Source: Hyphochytrium catenoides (Eukaryota; Protista; Hyphochytriomycota). Taken from it: a stretch of 64,000 nucleotides of DNA. The position numbers and the translations under genes were made by a program. Where the stretch lies: the NCBI GenBank assembly GCA_900088475.1, contig FLMG01000137.1, positions 1 through 64,000 of the forward strand. Reading direction: 5' to 3'. Under the pieces are notes generated by a model that worked only from the letters and a program-made list of their open reading frames with translations, was not told the DNA's origin and did not search any database. Positions 24,646 to 37,464 of this stretch are shown one piece after another. How positions within the stretch are numbered: position 1 is the first letter of the stretch; every line of letters starts with the position of its first letter.

Positions 24646-26518
24646 TCAGACCTTGTCCAAGGGAATCCCAGCGGCGTCCAGGGCATCTCTCACCCACTGT
24701 GGCACCTCACCAGCTGGATACTGCTCAGACATGAAGTTCCGTACGAACTCAGGAAAGGTTCCAGCGATAATACTGGCTCTCAGTCTCTCCATCAACCGGA
24801 GCATGTACACAACGTTGTGATACGTGACCAGCTGCCCTCCAGAGCCTTCAACTTTCACCAACGCGTGCAGGTACGCCCGGGAATAGCTTTGGCAGACAAA
24901 GCAAGGGCAGGAATCGTCAATTGGCCGAGCATCTGAGGCGAACTCGGCTGCCTTCAGCTTAAGAAGCCCGGAGGGGACAATGGCTGTCCCAAATCGGCCA
25001 GTTCGAGTGGGCCAGACGCAATCATACATATCGACACCTAGGGCGGAGCAGACGACCAAGTCAACTGGATAGCCGACACCCATCAAGTATCGCGGCTTGT
25101 GGGCTGGCAGGTGAGCTGTGCACTTATCCACGACCTTCCAGAAGGCTTCCTTTGACTCGCCTCCTGCTAGGCCGCCGATAGCATACCTGTAGCCAATGAG
25201 CAGAGTTAATATAATCAGAGAGAAAAGGGTTACGTACAAGGCCAGATAAGATTCGATAACTAGTGTAGAGAACTCTTAACCTGGCCAACTCTGAAAAGAA
25301 GAGAGAGCAGGTGATAATACTCAGGACTGGGTGAGCTCAGACGACACCCAGAAGACAAATCGAGCGAGCTGAGGTCCAGAAACAGAGAGATCGAGAGACT
25401 CACTGGAGGACAGGAAAGAGCAGTTTAGAGCCAAGTGGACACGGGACAAGACACTAGATTGAAAGAATATGGTGAGCGCACCCTGGCAGATCCCTCTCCT
25501 TCAAGGCATCGAGGCAGATCTCCCTCAATCCTCCGGGGCTTACGTCCAGTCCGCCCTGGACAATGCCGAATAGATTTTGGCTCTCAGGCTTCTCATGCGC
25601 AGCAATACACCGATCAATCCACCTAATTGTCCTCTCACAAGCTTCCTTGAAGCGGACCGGATCTGAAAGGAACGAGGCCCGACGTCAGTGACTGGCATCA
25701 GGTGGGATCTGTCAAGAAGAACAAGAGATAGCTAACACAGATGAAGCTCTCTATCTTTTGAATAACGGCACGTGGCTGAACTCCGTCACCCTCTCAGGTG
25801 GCGGAAGTAGACGCAAGATTTGGGATGATGGAGAGGAGGAACCGGCCGCAGAGGATGACTGCTTGAACGAGGAGAACGAGTAGAGGATATTGGAAGGCAA
25901 CATATGCAGATAGAGGCGAGATAGAAAAGAGAGAGGCTAGCCCATAATAACACAATCGCTATGGGCACGGTTACCATCGATAGTGCTTGGGGCGACATCG
26001 TCAAGGGCCATCATGATGTCCGAGCCTATACGATTCTGATGCTGGATAGACATTTCCGGGGTGAGAAGCATCCTTGTCCCGTCAACAGGGGACTGAAAAT
26101 GAACTCCTTCCTCTGTTATCTCGGCCAGTTCAAGGAGCGAGACCATTTGGAATCCCCCGCTGTCCGTCAGGATGTTCCGGTTCCAGTTCATGAAGCGATG
26201 TAACCCGCCCATGTCATCCAGCAACTCCGTGCCGGGTCGGAGTGCCATGTGGTAAGTGTTGGCCAAGATAATCTTTGCATCTATAGGCGCGGAGGCCATT
26301 TGGGTGGAAGTTATTCCTTTGATGGTGCCTTGAGTGCCCACAGGCATGAAGACGGGCGTATACACCGGACCATGAGGAAGGTAGATAGTCGCAGCCCTTG
26401 CGCGCTTGTAGGAAGCGTGGACTTCAAATTTTAAGGCGGGAGACTCGAAGCATAGTCCGCGAGGCATCGGGTACTTCTCAACATGGTCTTCAGTCTTCTT
26501 CTTGTCAGTAACTGTCAT
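24646..26518 (-). CDS. QTRT1: Queuine tRNA-ribosyltransferase catalytic subunit (eukaryotic TGT), 3 exons
   Basis: [33 protein letters not shown] (middle exon ~25660-25482), [33 protein letters not shown] zinc site, eukaryote-type PQWVRDAL C-terminus. Confidence 0.97.
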
Positions 26519-27241
26519 GTTGAGATGGGGACACGATGGGCTCTGCAGAGCGTCCTACCCTATGTGCTCCTTAACCGGACCGCCACTTTGTCAATGCTGC
26601 TCCGTTGGACACTTCCCTTCGCCGCCATGCACCGTCTTTCGATCTCTCTGGCCTTCTGCGTCAGGGTTGGAGCTGTGTCGTCGGAGCTCTCAACTGTGAC
26701 TGCCGCTTCGTTTGAGCTGCGGCCTGGAAGCTTGCGAACTGCCCATGGAGAAGGCTCAGTCAGCCATCAATCAGCCTGCTGCATAGCTTCCAACAGCTCC
26801 TGGGGGAGGTCGACCAGAGACCGCATATCCCTTATAAGGGGAGAGAGATATGGTAATATAGCAGTTCTTAACGAGCTTTATTTTGTATCTGTCTGATTCT
26901 AACCTTGTAGAAGAAAACTTGTCTTTTCTGGTGGTCAGGCGAACGGACACAGCGGCAGGACCCAGATGGAGCTTCAGATGAAGACTGAGTTCTGAAGACT
27001 CTGGCATCGGATTAGTGAAGGCGTAATAGAGGAAAGGCAGACGATAGAGGATGCAGCGGACTTCACGTGTTGGAGACAGGTCTAGCCCCTGGTGATACGG
27101 ACATCTTAGGGTCAGAATGCTGGTCTCTCCTTCCTGCTTTTCCGGTTTTATAGTTTCAAATAAATCATCTTGCTTGTGACCACGAGGGCCACAAGCTTCT
27201 GGTCTAACGCTTAAGGATCTAACGCTTCAGCATCTGACACT

Positions 27242-30200
27242 TCATGACAGTTCGAAGCCGGCGTTGGAGTGGATAGAATAGAGAAGCTTCGCCCTAAGGA
27301 CTTCTTTCGAAGAGTACTTGGGCAACTTCAAAAGGTTGACGCAGGTCGCACTGTATAAACAAACAGTCAGCAAGCGGCCGTGGCTACGGTAGGAAGTCAA
27401 TAAGGCTATGACTCACCTGGAAGGCAAACGCTCAGAGTCATCCTGGACTCGCACTTGCTGAATCGTTAGCGGAGGATTAAGATGGTTGAATCCGAGCAGC
27501 GGCTGCCGAGGACAGCTGAAAATGATAGAGGGTATTGTTAAGGGGAAACAGAGGCAAATGTTTGTCAGGAATGAATTTGTGATAGCAGGAGGATAGCCTC
27601 CCGGAAAGAAACACACGGCCAAGCTAAGGTGCACAATCCTACCTGGTGATGAACTTCAACAAAGCTGCTCGGTCTTCAACGCTAAACTCCCGCACCACCT
27701 CCCAGAACCAATCTATGTAAGCCTGAGAAGGGTGATACCCGCTACTATACGCAGTGTGCTGCTGCATATCCTCAATGTTGAGGTCATCCGTGCCACCTAG
27801 TAGCAGCTGCAGCTCCTGAGGGTTGAACATGCGTATCCACTGACTCGGTATGAGATCTCTAAAGCCGCTTAGAAAAGCCATACATTGCTGCGACGTCTGG
27901 ACATTCAGCTTGTAGTCAGCCATTAGGTGGATGTACCGGATCACGTTGTCCTTTGTGACTGGCATCGCTCCGCCATTTGGACAGAGCTCCACTCCACGGG
28001 CCTGCCCAAACTCATTCTGCACCATCTCGAAGTTCAGCGAGAGATCTTCCCAGTCCCCGTCATAGGTCTTCAAATAGTGTAGATTTCGATATAGTTCCGG
28101 ATCCAAAGACTGCAGATCGTCAATGTAGTTATACTTTCCAAGCAGCTTGTTAAGAAAGGGCAGGGCGAACCGCGGCTGGATGAGAATCCCCTCGTACAGG
28201 CCCTTCCCAACTATTCTTCCCAAAAACCGGAAGTGCTCAAGATGAGAATCAACCACCAGGTGAGAGGATGGATTGGGGAAGAGCAAGTGATCACTGGTCT
28301 CCAGGAAGAGAGCATACTGCGGGTCAAAGGCTTTACTGCTCAACAGGTCCATGTACTCCTTCAGTAAACCACCGCCATCAATCCCTGATTCATCCAATCC
28401 GTGCTCATTGACCAAGCTGATCTTGAAGAGGTACTTCAATCTGTGTTGGGTGCCTAGCTCACTCCAGCTTTCAAAGCTCTCTTCGTAGATGCGCTGGCGC
28501 TTAATCTTTAGCCAGACAGCAGCGTCCCTGCCTTGGAACTGTCTCTTAGCCTTTTCTTCTTCTAACAACCGCTTGAAAATAAGTACGCGGTCATCAAAGG
28601 GTAGGACTTGCGGCAATGCGGTAAGTATGGGGGCCACTTTCCTTGATACACCCGTACCATCTCCATTTCCTTCCATCCCAGGAAGGCGAGGCCAGTGCCA
28701 AAATTCTGAGGGAGTGAATTGCCGTCGACAATTGCGGTCATAGAGTTGATTATACAGTTTTGTGGCTGAGATGAGAAGAAGGAGATCTGGCACCTTGTAG
28801 GGAGGAGATAGCGAAGAGCCGTCTACCCAGAACATCTGGTAGAGCAGTCCACGAACGAAGGCCCCTATCGCTCTAACCTCGGAGAGGGAGAAAGGGAACT
28901 GCTTCTGATAGAACTCCTCGTCATCTTGCGCCAAGAGCAGGTGGCTGTATCCCGCAAATAAAAGAAAGAGCAAAGAAGAGACCTCCGGAGTTGCAGTGCT
29001 TGCAGAACTGGCTTTCTCCACAATCGGCCGAAGAAAGAGCCAGAGACGACGAAGTATGGGGTTGGAAGGGTTGGAGAAGGCGATAGCATTCAAAATAGAG
29101 AGAGCCAAGCCCGTCGGTGGCTTCCGAGCATTAACATAGAACTCAGCTCCTTGCTGGCAGAGAACGGCAGCATACAGCTGGCAGACCGCGAACGGAGCTT
29201 TCCCAGCACCCTCTCCCTCTACCTGCATCCGCTCTGATCCATCCACAGTCTTATCTTCAACCATTCCTTCCTGAACCTCTTGGAGAGCAGCTTCGAAGAG
29301 AAGAGACAAGAGCCTGGAGTCAGCAATGCGCCGAATCCCTTCACTGACCTTGGACCAAGTCTCAGAATTGCGTGCGCTTCTTCCGGCAAGCTGGACTTGA
29401 CTGGCCTGCGCTCTCAATGCTTGCCTGACTAACTTTTCCAGAAAGCTATCTGAGTCTATTTGGAAGGACTCCAAGTTAACCTCCGACGCTTCGTCATCAG
29501 ACTCTTCGTCATAATCATTTGAAGCAAAGGAGGCAGAAGCTGGACCGTCTTCAGGGCCGATAGCATGAGGAGGAAGAAGAGGCACGACCAGCTTCAGGAT
29601 GAAGATAAGATGTCGTGCTACCTCGAAGTCCAAGGAGCCCAACAAAGAAATGTCCATGAGGTTGGCTACTAACACCTCCAATCCATCTCTACTGCCCTTT
29701 GTTGGAAGCAAGTAACTCTGATGGCGCTCAAGAGAGAGGAGGAGCCATCGTACTTGGGTACCTTCTCCGAAGACCGCGGAAAGAAGCTGTTGCCGTAGGG
29801 GAAATGTCGCTAAAAGAAAGGAGGACAGAAAGTACTTAGAAAAATAGAAATAAGAGCGGAGAAGAAGACTGAAAAGGCTTGACAATCCTCTAAGGTCCTT
29901 CTGTCTCTGATCTCCAACGCTCAGAATCTCACGAGTGACGTCCAACATAAGCTGGACCCGCCCCTGGGTGGCGCTGCCTGCTCCCATAACCTTTGCCAAC
30001 TGCATAAAGAAGAGTTCGTTGCCACCTCCTAACCACAGGAATACCTTCCAGCATCGAATCTTCAATCGTTCAATGCCATCCCCTGAAAGGGAGATTTGCC
30101 AGTTCGAAGGGATAAAGCTTGCTCTAAGCTCCATCCAGAAGTCAGAGAGCGACTGGTCTATTGCCGTTGATGATTGAACAGACGAGGATGAAGGACTGTT

Positions 30201-30835
30201 CATTGCATGGGCCGATGGGCGAGTCATTGTCTCTAAACAAAGCCATAGCAGGCTCTTCATCTGGAATACCCAGCAATTCCCTTCCAGTTCATCATCACTT
30301 CCGCCCTTAGCAAGCCAGCTGTATCCTGCATCTGAAGCTTGAAGCCCTTGTCTGAGGAACTGGGTCATACGCACCAAGCGCTGGACGTCATCTTGGCAAG
30401 AAATATGAGGAAGCGCAAACCCCAGAAAGTTCCAAAGAAGGCCTCGCAAGTGCTGTGGGAGCCGTTCAATAGAAAGATTACGCGTGAGCTCTCCGTCAAT
30501 GCTCAACGAAGTGGGGACGTTTGAAAGCCTACCTGCTCCGGAAGTAGAAACTGAGCCCCAGCAGCCGTTAGCAGCTGCTGCAGCTTTTCAATGTCGTGGA
30601 CCTTCTGGTCCCAATCTGAGCGCAGTCGTCGCTTAAGTGAACGCTGGGAAGCTTTTGCCCGCCAAGCCGACTGAAGTTTGATCGCCCCTTGCGTCCGGAC
30701 TCTCTCCTGGGCTCGACCTTCCCTCTCTGCGCGTGCCCGTTGAAGGACATCTCGCTTCTCTATCTGCTTCTGCTTGCTCCTACCTCCTAAAGAGACATTC
30801 CTCCGCTGTTGAAAGTTGACCTTCCCATCAAACAT
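27242..30835 (-). CDS. HECT E3 ubiquitin ligase, UBE3B/UBE3C (UPL6/7, Hul5) type
   Basis: N-terminal [12 protein letters not shown] and IQ-like [10 protein letters not shown]; HECT motifs [30 protein letters not shown]|[14 protein letters not shown]|[11 protein letters not shown] (catalytic Cys), ends AGFELS*. Confidence 0.96.
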
Positions 30836-31773
30836 CGCTCCTTAGCACCTAGCCTTTCGCCCTCCGGGTTAAGGAAGTGTGGTCTCTTTGACAGTGCCCC
30901 AATATTGGAGGATGGCACACGTTCTCTTCAGCGGAATAGCGACAATATTTTCAAACGGACCGGCATTGATGATTCTTCTAGGCAGAATATTAAAGGGCAC
31001 TTCCCAGGACAGGCAGTCTGTAGGAGCTTAAAGAGGCGAGGGAACTTGATGGACCCGACACATAGACACAACAGGCTGCTCTTCCGCGCAATGGTTTTGC
31101 GCAATGGTAGTAACAAAGCATAGACTAATGACACTCTCCCAGTCCCTGGCGGGACATCAAGCCATACGCAATGACAACAAGAGCAGGCAAGCTGGAGCTG
31201 ACTATGAAAAGCTTCAGAATAGCCTATGAGAAGGAGAAGACCCACAGCTCGGCTGCTGATAAAGATTCCTGGCACAAAGCTCCTAGAAGCGACACCACTT
31301 TCTCATGAAAAACGCCTTCCTTCTTGTTCTGTGCCTGAGAGGAAACAATAGGACGAGGAAATGTTTCCACAGAATACCCCTGAAAGCTTAGACTATAGGT
31401 AGCAGAAAAGCTTCTTTGAATCTTTCAAATGTTGCAATGTAGCTATTGATTAATCACCATTATAGATCTACCGTTTCCGATCTTTGAGTTATTGATTTTA
31501 TTGGCTGTGAATCTTCAGAATTGACGGCAATAAACTTCATCATCCATGGAGCTCCAGACTCTTTCTCCATGCTCACTCCTGTTTTTATAAAGGGCAAAAG
31601 GAGAAGGGCCGCTCATTGTGCAGCTTGGAAAGTCTTGCACGGCCCTTCTTTCCTATCTGTAAACCGCGGATATGTCTCCAGCTGTAAATTCATAAGTCGG
31701 GATTAGAGCTGCTCAGAGCTCCTAGCTGAACACTCAGAATCGCGCGGGTTTGTACCTCATAGCAAGGGAGAAA

Positions 31774-33509
31774 ATGTTAAGTCGTGCAGGCCTTAGCCGG
31801 AACCTTTGGCTGAATGAGACAGCTAGACTTCTGCCTCAGGTCAGGAGATCCCGCGCTCCGTGCTCTTTGCGCTATCGAGCGTCGCCGGTACCGATAGGGA
31901 TGACGGAGTCAAGAGATTTTATGACTATCTTCCGCATATTCAAGAAGGATAAGAAGGATGAGGTGAAGGAGGATGAGGTCAAGCCAGAGGCTCTCCCAGA
32001 AGTGTCTGAGGACAAAAGCGCGTTTTTCTCGGTATTTTCAGAGCGCCAGCGCGTGTACCGCCACAAGAAGATGAAATCGGAGATTAAGAACGGATACTTC
32101 AAGGACTTCAAGGAGTACAATGACAGTATGAAGACTAAGGTATATTGCCGCCCCCTCGGTTGCACAGACCACTCTCTCCTTCCTCTTTCCTCTAACTATC
32201 ACAGCAGCAATGTCTCGCGGTCAGAACTTCAACTGTACCACCATCTGCGTCGTTTGGACTGTCGTGACCCTCCTCACCTTGTCCTCTCATCTCTTCTTTG
32301 CTGTTCTTTCTCTCTCTCTTCTTGCGACAGTATGCATATCTTTATCCTGCTTTGCTGTTTTCATCACGAGTCTGACAGCTGTCAACAGACTGTCCATTCT
32401 TTTGAATTGCAAGATCCAAAGAAAGCAGTGGCATTCCCAAGAATGAGAGTGCCTAACCTTCTGGGGCAGGAAGTTCAGCTCCCTAGTGCCTTCCAGGGAA
32501 AGGTGACCCTTCTGCTGGTTGCCTTTAAGCAGTTTGGATGGAGATTTGTGCCAGACTGGAGAGACAAATTCCTTGAGCTTACCGCCTCGTAAGCAAATCT
32601 CTCTCTCTCTCTTTCTCTCTCTGTCTCACACACATACACACACTTAATCATTCGGTGTGCTGCTCGCTTACATCGCTTCAGCTAGACTGCTGCTGAGGTC
32701 CTGAGTTTGTCCTAGACTTTGTTCTAGACTTTATCTTCCGAAGAGTGCCTTCAACACATTTCTATGTCCTGCAGTCCGGCTATAGGAACTCTCTTTGCTG
32801 CTGACTCCTGGCTTCCAATTTTTTATCCATCCCCCCCTTCGATGCGCTTTGTACCTTGATATGGCTTTACAACCTTTGTCTGCGTCTCCTCTCTCACACT
32901 TAATCTCCCTATCGACATCAAATCATTGTCCTTTAGCGAGAAGAACGTCCAGACATATACTCTCTCTGCCACTGAAGAATGGAGATTTAGATTATTCCGG
33001 GGTCCCATAAGAGATGCGTTACGAGCGCAGACAGACGAGAAGCTTCATAGTCACTCTTTGAGTCTCTTTGCACCCATTCCGGTAGGTGGAGAGACTTACA
33101 CGCCTCCAAGACACCATTCCTATCCTTTGTACGTCTTGGTCCCCTAGGAAGACTGACGAGATCTAGCGGGTGGCTTTTTCTCTATCTCTTTTCACCTCTG
33201 ACTTCTGTCTTGCCGCTGTAGGAACTGAGAGCGCTGCTCAACATGTCCAACACGCTCTTCTGTTATGCCTACATCATTGACTCCAAGGGCAAGGTCCGAT
33301 GGAGGTATGTCTCCCCAGAAGTTTCTTCTTCTCATTGCCCACTAAGTAGACTCTTCTGTCACTTCTCATTTTCGCGCTGCCATAGGACCAGTGGGCCGCC
33401 ATCAGAGGGAGACGTTGAGGAGTTGGCGAGTATGATACAGCCCTTGGTCAAAGAAATAGAAAGCCCTACACCTGCCACCATTTCCAAAAAGAAGGGTCGA
33501 AAGGCGTAA
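31774..33509 (+). CDS. ATP10: Mitochondrial ATP synthase assembly factor ATP10-like (multi-exon)
   Basis: Arg-rich presequence MLSRAGLSRNL..; GYFKDFKEY; KAVAFP..GKVTLLLVAF..W; NTLFCYAYIIDSKGKVRWR|TSGPPSEGDVEEL. Confidence 0.85.
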
Positions 33510-33665
33510 GTTCGTCTATGATCAAGAAGAGGGAGGGAGAGAGGGGGGAGCGGCGGACCCCACTCAACTCTCTCTCCTAAAGCAATAAATTATTTAGTGG
33601 GGACCTTCCTCTGTTGGCCCTGTGTATCGTTGGACTCTTCCACTTTCTTCCCATCACGTCTCTCG

Positions 33666-36361
33666 TCACGCCTCTGTTTGCCGCTGATCTCTCTTCCCTG
33701 GACTGGTGGATCGAGACAGAATCTCCGTAGATCGTGCTCTTCGTCGCTCTCGCTGCTCCAGTTGACTGTTTCTCAGTCTGCGAGAAGGGGGAGAGTTTGA
33801 GATTAAATTGTCAATCTTTGAGAGAAGAGCTAGGACAGGATCTCCTCCTTTTCCCGCTGTAGCTGCTCCTTTAGGCTGATACCCGTCAGACGCGCTCCTA
33901 CGTAGGGTAGAGGGATAAGGAGGAGAATAGGTTTCGGAAAGAGTAGCCATTGCTGGACTGGTGTTGGCAGGAGCCGGGGAGGCCAGCCAGGCTTTCAGAG
34001 CACTAATAACAGCCAGAGAATGTACTGCATATCGCCTCCATTCTTCCACCTGCGAGGACGTGGATGCTGGAGATAACAGGACGGATGCCGCCTTCCTACA
34101 CTGAGCCTCTAAGGCAGTGAGAGCCTTTGTAGCATCAGACGTCGTCCCAATTTCTGGCTCCTCGGCCCCTCTGCCCCAAAAATAGGCTGTGGCCTCTCTA
34201 GGGCTGAGCCCCGCTGCAGCCGATCTGCTAGGACTTTGCCTCTCTCCTGCTCTACTTGGACTCCTGTTTCCTCGCTCCGCTTCTCGTAGTCGATGTTGGA
34301 GCTGTAGTATCTCCTCTTCTTTACCATCCAGTTCTCTTCTAAGGTCTGCCAGACATTCTTCCTGCTTGGACTCTTGGGCAAGGAGGCGGCCATGGGCCGC
34401 TTCTGCTTCCCCAGACTTCTCAGAGAGGCTCTCAGATAGACTTTCAACGTTCTGTCGGAGCTGCGCAAGGTTTACAGACCACACAAGGAAAAGGTAGTTC
34501 TTAGCAAAGCATGGACTAACAGTGGGACGATTGGATGAATCAAAGGCGGCTACTACCCCAGAAACTCGTCAGACAGTGTAGAGTCAGCACCTCAAACAAG
34601 GTGGTAGCATAACTATAGGGCGGAATGGAAGTAGCGGCTGTTGAGCATTTATCGGCGCTTACTCGACCAAGTAAGCTGCCATGGTAAGATATCACTGATT
34701 TGGCCCTTTTACCGGGTAAATACGTGGAAAGTGACTGTGAGCGAAGGTAAGGAAGAGAGAGAGGCACAACCAAACGCACAGGAGAGGGCGGAGCATGCGC
34801 TTTCTTACCTCTAGAAGTACCTGCTCCTGCTGGGTATTCCTCTGCACGAGCTCGTCGTTCAAGGTTTCCTCTTGAATCAGATCCTCCAAGATCTCTGCGT
34901 AGTCACGCTTGGCCACTGCGATAATGTCAATGGCTTTCTGGAGTTCCTCCTGCAGCCGTGTCTTCTGCTCTCTTTCCGCTGACAAGCTCCTCTCGGTTTC
35001 TTCTTGCTGCCTGCGCAACTCTGTCTCTAGGGTTTGTATCTTGCCCTGATATTGAGACTCAACATGGGCTAAATGTGTAGAGGTAGCACGCTCCTTCTCC
35101 TCTCTTTCCCTATGCTGTGCCTGTAGTTGGTGAAGAGCTCTCTCCCTTTCCTGAACGACGTGCTGGAGCTGGAAAAGCGCTCTGTCTCTGTCAAAGAGAA
35201 GTTGGCCATAGTGCTCAACTCTTGCCTGCATTTGCTGGATCAAGCTCTTTTGTGCCTGTCCTACGTCTTCTCTCTCCAGCAGCTTCCTCCCTAGCACCTT
35301 CTCGTTTTCTGCTTTCTCTCTCTCCAGCTGTTGGACTCTTCCTTCTACTGTTTGGAGAGAAGCCTGATATTGCCTTTGGATATTGAAAAGAAGTTTGTCT
35401 CTCTCTTCTCCCACTCTTCCTATAGCTCCTTGTAGCTCCTTCAACTCTTGCTCTAAGGTGGAAATCCTCAAAGCTTGTGTCCGGATAACATCTTCAGAGC
35501 CGTTGGGGAGGGCAGAGGAGGGAAGCGAGCGCGGGGAGAGAGTAGAAGGGGAAGGAGTGCCCGCAGTGTTCTGGGTTTCTTCTCTAATTGGTGACAGTGA
35601 AGGCGGAATGTGTTCCACGTCCAGCTGCATCTCCCTCTCTTTGTCTTGGGGCCTGGAGAGCGACTCCATCGCCAGCCTCAATGCTTGCTTCATCGTTTCA
35701 ACCTCTCTTAACTCCTGTTGGAGCTTCTCAACCATCGCATGAGCCTCTTTCTCTCTTTTGTCCCATTCTTCGGCCCTAATGTCTATTGTCCGGCTGGGAG
35801 AAGACTGAAGGTGGGAAGCAGCGGCGGGAGATGAAGGAGCTATTCCTTGTCTTTGAAGCTGGTAGACGATTTCCTGCAGTCTAGCCACTTGAGAATATTG
35901 AGAGGAAATGACTTGATCCCTCAGTAGAGTCATTCGTTCTCTCTCCTCCACGGACTCCTGCGCAGAAGTGCCATTAGAAAAGGTAACGATGAACACGGGG
36001 GAAGTAGGCAACGAAGGAGAAGAGGAGAGAGAGACATGGAGACATAGGGAACGAGCCAGGACACGGGTGAACGGGACAAGTGACGTTAATGACAGACCTG
36101 CAGCTGCTTTTTGTAGAAGTTGAGCTGCTTGTTCAGGTAAGCGATGCGTCCCTGATAAGCATTTGCCTCCCTTTCCGTTCTCTTCCTCAGCTCCTGCGCC
36201 ATCTTTGCTAACGTCTCGACACGTCCGTCTGCATCCTTCAACGCTTCGCTGGCTACTGACCAAGCGGAAGAGCTGGCGCGAGACAGGTTTGAGGGAGATA
36301 TAGGTAGAGCCTCCGCACTGTAAATCAGGCGTTGTCGAGGCGAAAGGGTGTAGAAGTCCAT
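33666..36361 (-). CDS. Long coiled-coil protein of unknown function (3 exons)
   Basis: ORFs 36086-36361, 34692-36263 and 33666-34484 join through GT-AG sites (KKQLQ|ESVEER..., QVLLE|LRQNVE...); E/Q/R/L heptad-rich sequence. Confidence 0.75.
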
Positions 36362-37464
36362 GATGGAAGCGGGACTATCCCAGAAAGATGTAGATAGAGT
36401 ACCGACACTACAGAGGAAGTCGGAGCAACAGTCTCAAGAGGTGCCTTAGGCAAAAGCGCCGGTCATTGTCGTTTTAAGAGGTAGTCGCTGTCAACATGGC
36501 ATAGGGACACAGATGACCTAGGACCCATGGACAGGCCTAGCAGCTATCCAAAGATAGGTCCAGGTGACTCCTGGCTAAAACCTTCTCTACGCCAGTAGCA
36601 GGACATTGGTCCAGATTATGGTCGAAGACAATCTCACACAAGCAGGCAGGAGCGAAGTGGTAGAGCAAGAGAAGGAATGCGAGCTCTGGACAGCGAGGAT
36701 AAAGGGATGGCACCCTTAACAACGAGACGTCGCGTCTCCAGATCAGGCGAAGGACGTGACGCCCTTCTTCCTGAAGAAGGGATAAAAAGGTTAGAGTCTC
36801 CTTTGAAGACTGAAAGGACGAAGACCTAGAAGAGTGCGATGAATGGCTCTTTATGAGGAGAAGATCAGAACCTTGTATCGTCCGCACTTAACATTGGCCC
36901 CAGGCGGCTTCAGTTAGACCGCTATGCAGAAGAGATGGCAGAAAAACAGACAGAGAAGTGCAAAGCAGCTTGCTCATAGCTTTGTTAATGATGCTCCTTC
37001 AGATGGAGAGAGACTGGCCTCGTCACTGAAGAGCCTGTCGAAGACAGAGACTCTAATCGTTCGCAGTGCGAGAGACCGAGCGCCTGAGCAGAGCAGAGAG
37101 AAGACATCTTCAGAGGCTTCAAAGATTCTTCTCCGATCCGTTAGAACACCAAGGGAGGGCGCTAACGGCCAGCAAACAAACGGCTAGCATAGCGTTAGCG
37201 GCTATCTGGATGCTCCCTTTTATAAGGATAACTGAGCCTGCAAGAAGCAAGGACGATGAGTCATCCTGGCAGCAGTAGCAGCAGCAGCAGAAGAGGCAGA
37301 GAGACGTCCAACAGCAGGAGAGGATGCGGGACGGACAGCACGGAAGAGAAGAAGGGAGAGAAGAACTGTCTGGAGCGCCAGGTACCAAGTCAAGATGACA
37401 GGAGCCCAGCGGCAGGCAAAGGAGGAGGTGGAGCTCGGGCAGGCAAGATAGAAAACTTAGCGGG

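Noticed and set aside
11759-26518. XDH and TGT proximity as a purine/queuine gene cluster
   Set aside because: They are separated by an unrelated calpain, both are ordinary eukaryotic housekeeping genes, and no other pathway genes are present.
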